In this document: one piece after another, positions 24,364 through 38,111 of the stretch
How positions within the stretch are numbered: the stretch's first letter is position 1
How the letters are laid out: every line of letters starts with the position of its first letter
Assembly: GCA_050084515.1 (NCBI GenBank)
Contig: CM114271.1
Coordinates: forward strand, 34,596,001 to 34,660,000
From: Blasia pusilla
Lineage: Eukaryota
Length of the DNA stretch: 64,000 nucleotides
Direction: 5' to 3'
Notes under the pieces: generated by a model
What the model was told of the DNA's origin: nothing
The model's input: only the letters and a program-made list of their open reading frames with translations
Databases searched by the model: none
Translations under genes and position numbers: made by a program

Positions 24364-27300
24364 TTAAAATTATATGTTTTTGTAATGTTTTTTGGTAGTG
24401 TGTTTGTATGGCTCTTTGGGGAAAAAGTGAGGCCAAGTCTAGTAGGTCGGGGATAATATGTTGGGTATCACGGTTTTGGGCTATTTAGAGACTATTGGAG
24501 AAACTATTATTTCCAATAATTTTAATTCATACTTGCCAGAATTGACTTTCTATTTTAGAAATTAGTTCACAATTGCAAGTTTAAGGTCAAGAAGGTAACT
24601 TGTGTGAAAGTGTCAGTAGGGGAGGGCTTGGGAGCTCATTCTCGTTAGGGTTTCAACAAGAATAAGTTCCCATACTATTTTTTTGGGAATTTCGGCTCGA
24701 GAGCTCATTGTTATTTTTTGAACCTCCTTTGCACGAGACAACACAATTATGGTGCTCCTTGTCTCATGAATAACCCCATTTTCTCACCTTCATAGTGGGT
24801 TTGATTTGAGAAAGAAAGAGATTGAGAGGGGAAAAAAAGATGGCATGGAGATCTATGTTTGTGAGACACTAGAAGAAAGCATCACTTTTATGACTAGAAA
24901 GAATGACTCGCTAGAGTCATACTGTACAAAGTATGACTGAAAATGACTAGTGACTATAACGATATTAAAAGACAAGTCATATATTATAATGACTAAGTTG
25001 ACTTGAGTCATTTATTCTTTCTCAATCATGCATGAATGACTGATGTTTGGTTTGGACCGTACATGTGACGTGGAGAAAATATGAAAAGTCATCGATGACG
25101 TGGAATGCCATGTTACTTTTTTGTTGAGTCACTAGATGACTCAAAGTATATAAAGTATATGACTTCTTAAGTAATTTTCTGACTCAAATTTTGTAAGTGT
25201 CAATCGAGGTTGAGTCACCTTATGACTCATATTTTCCAAATATATGACTTGATAAGTCATGAATGCGTACAAATTGTTTAATGCTTTGATTCATCGGGTC
25301 ATCCGAAAGTTTAAAAAAATCAACTTATATGACTTATGTGGTTTATAGAGTCATTGAGACTTTAAATTTTGATGACTCGTTGAGTCAAGTTATGACTACA
25401 ATTTTAGTGTAGTGACTTAGTAAGCCAATAGTAACACATTTGACTCATAACCTAGACATGTCATGACCCTTTTTCACTTCAATGGTATTATTGAAGATTA
25501 AGTTACAGTCAAGCTCATTAGACACTTGAACTGCTACATTTGGTACTCACACGAAGTAGGGAAGCTTAATTTTGGTTAGTCAGTTAAACGCGATTATCTT
25601 AACTAGAGTTAGTTAATCATAATTAGTCTAACTCGAGACTATGGTTAAGATTATGGTTAGGGTTGCTTGTTCATACCCTATATAATTGAGAAGGAGACCA
25701 ACCTCCATTCATTCTCTCATTGCAAAATTTTGTTCTCCATGGTGGTGTGTGAGTGTGAGAGCCGTTTTACACTAATTTTGCTTCTTTAGCAGTTTTCTAC
25801 ACGATATCAGAGCGATAGGAGAACATAACTTGACATTCTTGGTGTTTGAGGAGAGAAGAGAGGCAAGAGAAGGCACAATTTCAGTTTGGGAGAATTTTTT
25901 TTCGTTCAGAGCTCAGAGGGTGGAGCTTTAATGGTGATAAAACTTTGGAAGCGTTTTTCAAGGCTTTCCCGATCAATTAAGCTATCTGGGTCCGTATCAG
26001 GTAGAACAACATCAAAGTTTGATCCTAACCATCTTGTAGAGCTCGTCGAGAGCTCTCCAACTTATTCAAAATCGCTCGATTATGACATTCTGAGCTTCTG
26101 CAGTAGCAATTTCAGTGTAGGAAAGTGCAATTAGTGAAGAAAAGTTGTGTAGTTTGCTCTCTACAGGCCAATTTCGACTAGTTCTTTCATACAGTTGATC
26201 AATTTTGGAAAATTTCAGGTCAATTTCTGTGTAGGAGTGGTCTATGCGTCAATTGGAGGAGTGGAGTGCATGAAATTATATTTTTGTGAGTGAAATGGTT
26301 CGTAATGGAATATTCCTTAGTAGTAATCACAGGCGATAAACTAGATAAGTAGAATTACAATGTTTGGAAGTTTCGCATGAAACAATTTCTCATGGATCAA
26401 GAACTATGGGAGATTGCCACAAGTGATTAGGCCGACCCAAAAGGTGACTCAACAGACTTAAATGTTCGCGCTTGGAACAAACGCGCAAGGTAAGTAATAC
26501 ACTACATTTCAATAACTATCAGTTTGCCAATGATAAGTCACTTTCAAGATGTTGATACTCCAAAGGAGACCTGGGATGCATTGGAAAAGCTGTTCCAGAC
26601 ATATACAAAGGCAAGAAAGAGCAATTGAACGAAGTGAGGAAAGGATCGTAGAGCTTCAATGATTATATTTTGAGTACCAAACATATTGTTGATCAGTTGA
26701 ATAGTATTGGAGTGACAGTAGAAGATGATGATATGATTTTGTTCATTCTTCAAGGCCTTCCAAAGGATTACAAGTCCTTTGAGACCTCTATCTCTATGAG
26801 AGAGAAGTATTCAACCTTTCAAGAGTTAGTCCCATTGTTAATTAGTGAAGAGATGCGCATAGTAGGCAGCAATAGCTCGTCTAGTTTGTAAGAGAGTGCG
26901 CTATTTGCAGGTTATGGATCAAACAGAGGCAGGGGTCGTGATAGAAGCTTTCGTGGTCATGGTGGATATCAAGCATATGGAGGAAGAGGCACTCAATATA
27001 ATGCTACTCAATCAGCTACGAATAAGTACCAGACACAAGCAGAAGGTGGTGATGGTGGAAACTGTTGGGATCGAGATTAATAGAAGAGGATCCTTGGATC
27101 TTACAATTATTGTGGGATAAAGGATCACTATGCAAAGTTTTTTTTTAAGAAGAAGGAAGATATGAGAACATGAGCCTTAAAAAAACAAAACTATGTGGAG
27201 CAACAACACCAAGGGTAGTACCAAAAACAACAACATTAACAAATTGAGCATCTCTTGGTTATGACTCATCATATGGGAGCAATGGTCAAGAAAGACTCGA

Positions 27301-27671
27301 CAACAGATTGATACATTGATTCTAGTGCATCAAATCAGATGACCTCACAAGGTAAATGGTTTAGTAGTTTGGAGCCGATGAAAGATCCTGCAATTGTGCT
27401 CATAAGAAATGACACTCAGCATCATATCACGCATAACAATAAAGTTCCAATAGCATCAAATGGTCTTCCTGCTCTTGGAAATATTCTCTATGTTCCTACC
27501 ATTGCAAGAAACTTGAGCTTTGTAGGACAGATAATAGAACAGGATATCAAGTGAAGTTTGACAGAGATGGATGTTTCATTGAAACAATGGATGACCAGAC
27601 TATGATAGCCTAAGGAACTAAATCTGGCAGAATGTTCAAAGTAGATGTTTCTATGCCAGAGATTCAAACAA

Positions 27672-27914
27672 CATCACAAAACTTGGAGTTATGTCATTTT
27701 GATATAAATTAGAATATGATATATTTTTGATGTATTTATGATGTCATTTCTGTATTGAAATTTTTTTTGCATATAGTTGGCAAGGTAAGTTTCTTAATAT
27801 AAAAAATCAATATCAAAAAAATATTTGATAGATATCAAATCAATATGAAAGTTAGTGCTATCGGATTTCATGTTCAAATTATGTCAAAGTTAGCACCCTC
27901 TAACTTTCGTGATG
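27672..27914. mobile_element. ~243-bp AT-rich MITE inserted in the Copia pol region
   Basis: Imperfect 17-bp TIRs CATCACAAAACTTGGAG / CTCTAACTTTCGTGATG. The related Copia fragment at ~35503-35530 lacks the insert (GATTCAAACAACAATATTTGGTCAAACT). Confidence 0.8.
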
Positions 27915-29363
27915 AATATATGGTCAAACTGGCCAACAAGTCACAAATCTAAATGTGTGGCATAAGATAATTAGACATGTATCTTCAAAGATTACAGAGT
28001 CTTTCATCATTAATATAGTAATAGGACTTCCTAAATTAGCGAATCCTGCTACGTTAGAAGTATGTTTTGCTTGCCAATTTGGAAAACAAACTAGATTTCC
28101 TTTTCCAAAGCAAGATAGAAGAACATTCAAGATATTGGAGTTGATTCACAATGATGTGTGGACAACATCACAACATAGCCTTAGTGATTTCCAGTACTTT
28201 GTTTCATTTATTGATGATTTCTCTAGATATATATGGGTATACTTTTTGAAAGCCAAGTCAGAGGTATTCACAATATTCCAAACATTCAGAGTTCTAGTAG
28301 AGAAGTAGACTGGAGAACACATTCTGAAATTACGTTGTGATGGAGGAGGAGAGTATCTTTCAACAGAGGTTGATGACTACTTACGTCAGAATGACATCCA
28401 ACATCAAGTGACTTGCCGTCACACTCCATAACAAAATGGACTGGATGAGAGGAAGAATCGACATATTTGTAAGGCGACACGAGCTATGCTAAATGAGAAG
28501 AATATGCCTAAGGTGTATTGGGCAAAGGTTGTAGCGTGTGCAGTCTTCTTAATTAATCAAACTCCAATAGCAGAAGTTCATGATAAGATTCCATTCAAAG
28601 TCTTGACAAGAAGTAAATCTGATTTTTCCTTCCTCAAAGTATTTGGTTATATTTGTTATGCTCATGTTCCTTCTGAAAGACGTCAGAAATTAGACTCCGA
28701 ATCTGAAAGATGTATATTCATTGGCTACGCTGATGGAACTAAGGATTATAAGTGCTACATTCCATCCTCTAGGCAACTTATTATTAGTCACGATGTTGTC
28801 TTTGATGAGCTAAAGTCATGATATGCTCCATCTAAGCCTATTCCACCTCTAAACTCGTCTGTTGAAGGGGAGAATATGATTGTAAACCAACCGACATTAC
28901 CTTCAAATTCCCCAAGTACTAGTGCAGGATTAGGAGGGGTCCTAGATTCATCAGTTAAATCTATGAGTCCATGGACGGGAAGAGTGCGTATTTAGTCTAT
29001 TGATACTAGTCAGAGCTTGAGTCAGGTGTTAGAGGCATCTACCTCTGAACAACAATTTTGTAGATCAAGTAGAGTCATACATCATGTTCATAGATTCATA
29101 AATGAAGGTTTCTTGCGACACATCATGCATATATGATGACTATCCTTCAAGAACAAGAGCCAAGTTGTTTTGAAGAAGATGCAAATAGTGTCGATTGGAT
29201 TGAAGCTATGGAGGAAGAGCTTGCTGCATTAAGACATCAACAAACTTGGGAGCTGGTTGATATACCTTCCAATAAGGAAACTATTGGTTGCAAATGGGTT
29301 TACAAAATCAAGCGCAATCAAGATGATATAATTAATAGATACAAAGCAAGATTGGTGGCTAAG

Positions 29364-30365
29364 TGTCGCGACCCTCATGACCAAACAAGTGCCAAGCGGA
29401 ACATCAGAATATTAGCGGGCTCACGCTAAGATGGTTTGCGCGTTGGAGTTGTCTCAAAGAGGAGACAAGAGACGAGACGCGAGCGAGAAGTCGCGTTTCA
29501 GATGTGATGGTCGCGACTCAGAAACCTGGACCAAACGCAGAATGAGACTTGAAAGAAGTCGAGTCTAGGAAGTGGGTTGCCAAAGGGAAGATCCGGATTT
29601 GGAACGCCACTAGCGTTTGAGAGTTTCCGACTGTATTTATGGCCATAACTTTTAGCGTCAAGATGCGTTTGGAGCAAATAAGGGTGCGTTGGAAAGCTTA
29701 TGGAGAGCCGGTCCAAATGCACCAAAGATCGCCGCAAACGCATAAGCAGCGGCCGAGATACAACCCAAAAACGACTGTAAGTGGAGTCTGGTTGAGGGCC
29801 ACAATGAAGGGCCCGACCCTCTTTTCCCAAAGGGAAGGGGTTATTGGAGAACCCCAAAAGTACTAGTAAGGGGGAAGGTCTCCGAGAGTGCTTGGAACCC
29901 AAACCCCACTTTGGGCGCCGCGGGGCGGCTCAAGGGCATGGAACGGAACGCGAGTTTGGGCGTTGGGTTGGAAAACCTGCCCCAAGTCCAGTGAGGCGAA
30001 TTTAGACATCCCTCTTGGATTCCACCCCGCGACTTAATTACTTGGGTCTCGGTTCAGAACTCACCCGAGGACCGTTGAACAGTTGGGATCGCTAGGCGCG
30101 CAAGTGCCGTTTCAAATCCTTGGACTAACCAGAAAGTCTGTTCCAAGTCTTGAAGGACTTGCCATGTGTTGGGAGCTAGGAACTAAGGAAGGTTGAACTT
30201 GATGAGACGCCGAGTTGAGGACTCGGTGGGTTGGAACGCCGGTTGGCCAAAACCGACTAACGAGAGTGCGTGTTTGGGTGCAGATCGGCGATGAGTTCGT
30301 GACCTACTGAACGCACGCTTCCGCAACACTAAAGATTGACGTTCAAGGAGAGTAGGGGCGCGACA
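29364..30365. mobile_element. Solo LTR (1002 bp) inserted in the Copia RT
   Basis: TGTCGCG...CGCGACA termini and 5-bp TSD CTAAG (29359-29363, 30366-30370). Removing it restores [22 protein letters not shown]. Confidence 0.9.
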
Positions 30366-33300
30366 CTAAGGGCTATGCACAACAATATGGCATCGATTAT
30401 GAGGAAACATTTAGCCTTGTTGCAAAGATGGCGACTACAAGAACAGTGGTTGCAGTTGCAGTAAGTAAGAAGTGGAGATTACATCACGTGGATGTTAAGA
30501 ATGCTTTCTTAAATGGAGATCTATAAGAGGAAGTATATATGACTCAACCACATGGATACGAGCATCCTGAGTTTCGCGCATGCAGGTTGAAGAAAGCTCT
30601 ATACGGGCTCAAACAAGCTCCAAGAGCCTGGTATGGCAAAATTACATACGTCCTACAAGAGTTGGGTTTTAGGATATGTGATTACTCCTCATTATATGTC
30701 TTGAGAGGACAAGATCACACGGTTATTATTATGTTGTATGTCGACGACCTCCTGATTAGTGGGAGTATTGAGGATATGATACAACAAGTCAAGCTAAAAT
30801 TACACGCAAAATTTGATATGAAGGACTTGGGAGAACTCAAGTACTTCCTTGGTGTTGAATTCATCAAGCTTGGAGAGAGTATGTGGTTACTACAACGACA
30901 ATATGCTCTTCACATACATTCAAAATTTAGTATGACGGCTTGTAAGCCAATCTCTACACCATTGGACGAGAGTGTGAAGCTAAGAGTGGATGAAAGAGAG
31001 TTGCTTACAGATTCTAATATGTACACGCGCATGGTTGGAAATTTGATCAATTTGACTATGACCAGGCCAAATTTGAGCTATGCAGTTGCCCTAGTGAGCC
31101 AATTTATGCAAGCACCTTGAAAACCTCACCTTCATGTTATGAAGAGGATTATCCGGTATGTGAAATTCTTTGTTCAGTTTGGGCTTCAATTTGAATCTTC
31201 TCCGAGTTTACAGTTACAGAAATTCAAAGATGCTGATTGAGCAGGAAGTGTGTTTGATCGAGACTCCACATTCGGTTATTCATTTACTTTGGGAAGCGCA
31301 ACTATAAGTTGGGCTTCAAAGAAGCAACCTACAGTTGCTTCATCTTCAACAGAGGTTGAGTACAGAGGAGCAAGCAATGCAGCATGTGAGGCGGTGTGGC
31401 TTCATCGATTACTTGTTGAAATTAGTTTTAATAACTTAGGACCTAGTATAATATATGCAGAGAATATTAGTAGCATCAAGCTTGCTAATAACCATGTGTT
31501 TCATGCTCATACAAAGCATGTTGAGATGCACTATCACTTTATCAGAGAGAAAGTGTTTGCAGAAGAAATTGATCTTGTGTATATAGGTACAGATCAGCAA
31601 ATTGCCTACGTCTTCACAAAGGTATTGTCTAGAAGATAAGTTTGAGATTTTTAGAAGTGATTTAGGCGTTAGAAGAGATATCGATATGAGCTTGAGATGG
31701 GATATTGAAGATTGAGTTACAGTCAAGCTCATTAGACACCTAAACTGCTATATTTGGTATTCATACGGAGTAGGGAAGCTTAATCTTGGCTAGTCAGTTA
31801 AGGGCGATTATCTCAACTAGGATTAGTTAATCACAGATAGTCTAACTCGAGACTATGGTTAAGATTAGGGTTAGGGTTGCTTGTACATACCCTATATAAT
31901 TGAGAAGAGGACCAACCTCCACTCATTCTCTCATTGCAAAATTTCGTTCTCCATGGTGGTGGTGTGAGTGTGAGAGCCGTTTCCCACCAATTATGCTTTT
32001 GTAGCAGTTTTCTACAGGTATAACTTATGGTCTAGTCATATGACTCCTTGACCTTATAATAATTTTTTAATTATGATTTATTGAGTCACTAATTAGTGAC
32101 TTAGTGAGTCATTATCGACACTTTAATCTAGACAGATCATGACTCTTTTTACTTTAATGTTGTGACTTGCTGACTTAAGTTGTGTGACTGGTACAATCAT
32201 GAATTCATTCACAGAACGACTTAGGCTTTTTTCATTTGTGACTCAAAATCAATAATATGGAATATTTCTGATTTTATTGAGATTGGAGTGATAATTTGAT
32301 GACATTGGAGATCCTCGTTGACTGCCATACAAATTCTACTCATACATTATCAATGAATGAAACAAAGAAAGAAAAGTTAAAAGAACCCAAGTATGTTCAA
32401 TGTTTCAATATTTTCTTACAAGGGACGTGCGAGCTATACCATCTAGGTAATAATTGTAGATTGCAATACAATAGAACTTCCAAAAGTACATACCTATTTC
32501 TAAACAAAGGAATAGATTTAAAGCCACATGGTCCATGCATTTATAATGAAACCAAACCAAAAGATATATGGAAACCACTATCCAAGACTTATTTAAAAAA
32601 AAACATATTTAGAAGGTAATCACTTCTTTTGAAGTTATAAACTTGGTAGTATATAATCCAATAGGAAATATTGATAGAGCAGAGACTTTTATCAATCTAC
32701 CCATTTCTTAAGGTTGATTTCATACCAAAGTACCAAGGACTGGCAAGGAGCTAACTATGTCATCTAAAACATATTGGCATGGCTCATCGTGTTCATTAGC
32801 TTCTTGAACTCTGACTCCAAAAGTGTTCTCAAGTGAACACGAACTACACCACATGGGATCTCCTTCCCATGGAATAGATCCTTACTTGCCAAGCCTCTAA
32901 CTACTCCATAGATGATCATATGGCGAGTATTTCGTGGCTCGCTAAAGGAGATGTGATCACCAATTTGCAATTGAAATCAATGAGAATAAAAACACAAACA
33001 TTAGCTCATCTTGAATAAGACGGAAACATGGTGCATAAAAAATTCCAATAATATACACTCACTAGTAATATCATAGTATCTTTTTGTAAGACCATCCTTT
33101 AATGGAAGCATTCAAGTAAACTTAAAAATCCCCACGTTAGAAAATGGCAACAAAACCTACTATCAATGTCACATATATCATAAGCGACTAAAATTAAAGG
33201 AGTTTTGAAATTAGTCTTTTCTTGTTTCTCATACTAGTAGACTTTGGTTCACTCTCGTTTCTATCACTCGTATCAACCTGCGCATTGCTGATCTTCAATA

Positions 33301-34177
33301 TTTTCTTCTTTTGAGAAGACACTTGCGCCAATGCTTCATCTTAATGAGAAGGTTGGCCATGTTTTTTTATCTTCATCTTACTTGAGTCCTTTCCCTATCA
33401 CAAGTTTCAATTCAAGGGTTAAGATATTTGTTATGACATTCAAGTTCTACATGGTTATTCAAAATTATCCCATTCCATCAAAAGAAATGGGTCTAAGCTT
33501 AACTTGGCCTACCCTTCAATGGTAAATCACTAGACCCAACTTTCTATTTTATTGGAGATATTTTTTCGTAGTCATTATTTTATGAAGCTACTCATTGCAA
33601 TTGCAACCACTGTTCTTGCACGCCATCTTTTCAATATGGCTAAATATCTCCTTGTAGTTGAATCCATATTATTTTGCATAGCCCTTGGCTACCCACCTAG
33701 CTTTGTATTTGTTCACTATACCATCTTGATTGCGCTTGATCTTGTAAATGTATATGCGATTAGTAGCTTCCGTACCAAGAAGTATTTTAACTAGCTCCCA
33801 AGTCTCTTGTTGTCTTATTACAACAAGCTCTTCCTCCATAGCTTCAATCCATTCAACGATACATGCATTTTATTCAAAATAACTTAGTTCCTATTCTTGA
33901 AGGGTAGTTATCATATATACATGTTGTGTTGCAAGAAATAATTTATTTATGAATCTCTGAAAATTTTGTGTGACTCTACTTGATTTATAAAGTTTTTGTT
34001 CAAAGGTGGATGCCTTTAACATTTGACTTGAGCTCTCACTAGTGTTAGCAGACTCAATTTGTACTCTCTATGACCATGGATTGATAGATTTATTTGAAGA
34101 TTTTAGCTAGGATGTATTCTAATTTTGCACAAGTACTTGGAGAATTTGTAGGCAGTGTACATTGATTAATAGTTAGA

Positions 34178-34352
34178 ACATAGGTTATTGTGGAGAGAGC
34201 GTGGGAGAGGGAAGGGGATATACCCAAGGAGAGAGAGCTTTGGAGCTCATGATCATTCTCTCTTTGTAGAACCTCTTGGTATGAGACAGAGGAGCTATGG
34301 TCCTCCTTGCCTTGTGAGTAACCCAAACTTCTCATAAGGAGAGTGGGTTTAT
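34178..34352 (-). repeat. Inverted copy of the dispersed LTR-like repeat at 4045 and 53661
   Basis: Reverse complement reads AAACCCACTCTCCTTATGAGAAGTTTGGGTTACTCACAAGGCAAGGAGGACCATAGCTC. Confidence 0.7.
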
Positions 34353-35129
34353 TCTCCCCCTCAATAGACACATTTAGAGACGAAACAAGTTCGGATAGAA
34401 AATATTATGGCTTCAACTCATAAAAAATAACATCGCGACTAATAATAAGCTACCTAGATAATGGAGTGTCACACTTATATTCATATCCCTTAGTTTCATC
34501 AATATAGTGAATGAATATACATTCCCTCAGATTTGGGATCTAATTTCTACCATCTTCAAGAAGGAACACGAGCATGAAAAATACAACCAAAGACTTTCAA
34601 GAATGAAAAATCATGTTTACTGCCTATGAAGACTTCAATGGAGACTTATCATGAACTCATACTATTCATTAAGAAGACGACGCACACTACAACCTCTGTC
34701 CAATACATCTTAGGCATGTATATAACATGTCATCCAACATAACATACATAGCCTCAGAAATATGACGATTCTTCCGCTCCATTTTGTTGTGGAGTGTAAC
34801 TGAAATTGATTTATCGTTGGATATGGTTATGACGTAAGTACATCGTTATTAAAATCTGTTGAGAGATATTCTCTTTCTACGTCACAACAATATTTAAGAA
34901 TGTGTTGCCTAATCTCATTGTCTATTAGAATTTTGAATGTTTAAAACACTAAAAATACTTTTGATTTGACTTAAAGAAAATATACCCATATATATCTAAA
35001 GAAGTCATAAAAAATGAAACAAAGTACTAGCAACTACTAAGACTATGTCAAGATACTTTAAACATGTCTCTATGAATCAACTTCAATATCTTGGATGCTC
35101 TTTTGCAATGCTTTGCAGAAGACTTTGTA

Positions 35130-35705
35130 CTCTTGGAGATGTTCTCAGACTATGTTCCTACCATTTCAAGAAATTTGATCTTTGTAAGATAAACGATCAA
35201 ACATAGTTATCATATAAAAATTAATATAGATAATTGCTTCATTGAAATAAAAGATGACCAAACTATGATAGTCAAAGTTACAAGATTTGGTAGGATATTA
35301 AATGAAATGTTTTTATGCTAGAGATTCAAACATTCACATTTGGTCAAACTAGCCAACAAATCACAGATCTGAATGTGTGGCATAAGAGAATCGAGCATGT
35401 GAACATGAGATGGTTGCATCATTGAAACAATGGATGACCAGTCTATGGTAGCCAAAGGAATAAGATTTGGTAAAATGTTCAAATTAGATGTTTCTAAGTG
35501 AGAGATTCAAACAACAATATTTGGTCAAACTAGCCCACAAGTCACACATCTCACTACGTTGCATAAGAGAATTGGGCATATGAACCTTCAAAGATTACAG
35601 AGTTTTTCATCATCTAATCTAGTAATAGGACTTCTTAAATTATCAAATCCTACTATATAAGAGGTATCATGCTTGCCAATTTGGAAAATTAAATAGATTT
35701 CCATT
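35130..35705 (+). mobile_element. Fragment of the same Copia family (protease to pre-integrase region) with an internal ~180-bp tandem duplication
   Basis: Homologous to 27475-28105 (TATGTTCCTACCATT..., CATTGAAACAATGGATGACCAG..., GCTTGCCAATTTGGAAAA). The segment CATTGAAA...GCATAAGAGAAT...TGAAC is present twice. Confidence 0.8.
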
Positions 35706-36499
35706 GCAAAGCTAAAGGTCAAGAGTGCTTTAGGGTGAAGCTAGGAGAAGTAGAGCACGGACTCTATAAAGCATTTGACTTATCTCCTAGATTTTTGAAT
35801 TGACCATGAAAGCCCTAAAAAATTCCTCCAAAGTCTTGTTGCCGTCGTGAATAACTAAGTCCACGGCGCATACACTAGTGGGGACTTGAGAAGCGAGTCA
35901 TGATCGTGGATCCAAGGAGGAAAGGCCTTGGTGTGAACCATCCAAGTCAGAACCTAGACTTGCTAGTTGCTAGTGAGACTAAGAAGGACAACCGAATGAG
36001 TCGCGAGACTAAGCTAGGCTTGGAGAATCCGAGAAGCATCTATAAGAAGGGTGAGGAGGAGGAGGGGAATGCTCTCCCTTTCTACTCTCTCAAGTTCTTG
36101 AACCAAGAACCATGATGCGTATTTGGTTGTGTTTCAGATTTGAGCTAGGTGAGGCACCTTGAGTAATTAATCAATATATTCCCCTATAGGCAGCAGGAAT
36201 TGAACCTACTTCATATCCAACTAGGCATATCACTTGGATACTCCAAGAATTTCACCTATGAGCAACTAGAGGAGATTGGGCGGGGCTTCCTAGGAAGATA
36301 ATATGGACTTGGGGAGACTCAACCCGATTAGTGATTTGTGGCTTCTCTACTACTTACAGAACATGCAACCAATTAAGTCTTTGGGACTCAATCTTTATCT
36401 TTTGCTTACAAAGCTAAAGATTGGGAGTGCTTTGGGATGAAGCTAGATGAAGTTCATGTTAGACTCTATGACGCTCATCTTTACGACTCCACTTGAAAT

Positions 36500-36939
36500 T
36501 TTCAACAATTGAGCTTTTACTAAAATCTCCTTGTCCTAAATGGAAAATTTTGCCTTCTCTTGCCTCTCTTCTCTCCTCCTACACAAAGGATTTCAATGCA
36601 TGTTTTCATATCGCTCTTATACAAGCTAGAAAAGTGCTAAACAAGCATGATTGATGGAATACAATTCTCTTGCATGCACATGCTACCACGGAGAATAAAA
36701 TTTTGCAATGAGATAATGAGTAGAAGTTGGTCCTCTTTTGAATTATTTAGGGTATGTACAAGCGACTCTAACCCTAAACCTAACAATGATCTCTCGTTAT
36801 ATTGATTGTGGTTAACTAACCCTAGTTGAGATAATCAAGATTAACTTAATAACCAAGATTAACCTTTACTACTTTGTGTGAGTACTAAATGTAGTAGTTT
36901 GTGTGTCCAATAAGCTTGATTATAGCTCAGTCTTCAATA
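36500..36939 (-). mobile_element. 5' LTR, PBS and leader of a third, more diverged copy of the same Copia family
   Basis: Minus strand starts TATTGAAGACTGAGCTATAATCAAGCTTATTGGACAC (LTR ~36625-36939), then PBS-like TTGTATAAGAGCGA and leader GAGAAGAGAGGCAAGAGAAGGCA. Confidence 0.8.
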
Positions 36940-38067
36940 AGGGAGCTGAGTCCAATAGAGTTGTAGGGCTTGGAGAATACTTGATATTAAAAACATATAA
37001 GCATTACCGTCACATTGTATAGATATTTTGGAAGGTTTTTTCCCATTATATATTTTGAAATATAGAAATACCATTTGAAGCGCTTGCATACATGTCACTG
37101 GTTTAGAATGAATACAATCTTATGGAAACTAATGAACATAATATTATTGATAGATTTCCACTAACAAAATTTTCACAAATGAGACCCAAAATGTCCTAGT
37201 TTGAAAAAGAAAAATTTCTTATCCTATATGTTAAAAGAAAAATCATGTCTTTTCTCTTCAAATTTCCTAGAATTCTGAAAAAATGAAATTTTCATGTAGA
37301 CAAGAGTCTTACTACGTTAGGAGTGAGATTGCATGAGGAATCAATCACACACTACCATGAACTACTTTCTTGGTGGCCAACCATAATATACAACTGCCAA
37401 GAAACTGGCCAAATTTTCCCGGCGAATATAAGATGTCAACTCAAGCATTGCAAATCTCTTGCACCCATCTTTTCTTTTGACATAGATTACCCTTCAACAC
37501 CTTGAATCAACAAGACATGTCAAATATTGCTAGGAGGTTATTCAGCTAGGGGTGCCACTTTTCCTCGGATTGTATGAGGAGTTCCCTTGATCCATGGAGG
37601 GGTGGGTGTTTTGTTTGGAACCTACTTTGTGGCATCCCGGTGGAAATATGAGCACTATCATCCAAAGATTTTTCTGCAACACTTCTTTGCATGGATACAA
37701 CAAAGCAGGGATGTGGAAAAATCCCCCATTTTCCATCCAAGAAATATATACTATTAAAGGAGGAGTGCCTCACATGGGAACACCTCCCTTGGTTGACTTG
37801 AGGAGTTAATATATCCTTGATATATGATGCATGCACGTCCAAAAAATGCATTTTTGATTTGGCAATATGGAGCCTAAACCCTCACTCAAGTGCTTATTCC
37901 AATGCGTCTCATGCATGTTCGATATTGGTGGTCACATGGTTTTTGACTAGAGTCAAGTGAAATGAAGATTAACTTGCCCATCCAACGTTAGCTAGCTATC
38001 TGGCTATCAATAGCCTTACGAGACCAACAAGCACAAAACTACACCAAATGCAACTAATCTGACCTGC

Positions 38068-38111
38068 GCTAAGCTAACCAGTCCCGCGTGCTAAGCTAAC
38101 CAGTCCCGCGT
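38068..38111. repeat. Perfect 22-bp tandem duplication
   Basis: GCTAAGCTAACCAGTCCCGCGT x2. Confidence 0.9.

Larger units (their letters stand above)
25489..32016 (+). mobile_element. Full-length decayed Ty1/Copia LTR retrotransposon
   Basis: LTRs at 25489-25801 and 31703-32016 (~90% identical by eye). 5-bp TSD GGTAT at 25484-25488 and 32017-32021. PBS remnant ATATCAGAGC and PPT before 31703. Copia order: gag (ILQGLPKDY), protease (YIDSSASNQMT), integrase (CFACQFGKQ, FIDDFSRY), RT (IGCKWVYKIK, LKKALYGLKQAPRAW, YVDD), RNase H ([21 protein letters not shown]). Many stops. Confidence 0.95.
24867..33000. mobile_element. CACTA (En/Spm) transposon end with subterminal repeats, interrupted by a Copia element; decayed TnpA-like remnant
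   Basis: Begins CACTAGAAGAAA, followed by a dense array of (A)TGACT/AGTCA motifs in both orientations at 24890-25483 that resumes at 32022-32250. Minus ORF 32764-32970 (GVVRGLASKDLFHGKEIPCGVVRVHL) resembles En/Spm accessory proteins. The matching other TIR was not found. Confidence 0.6.
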
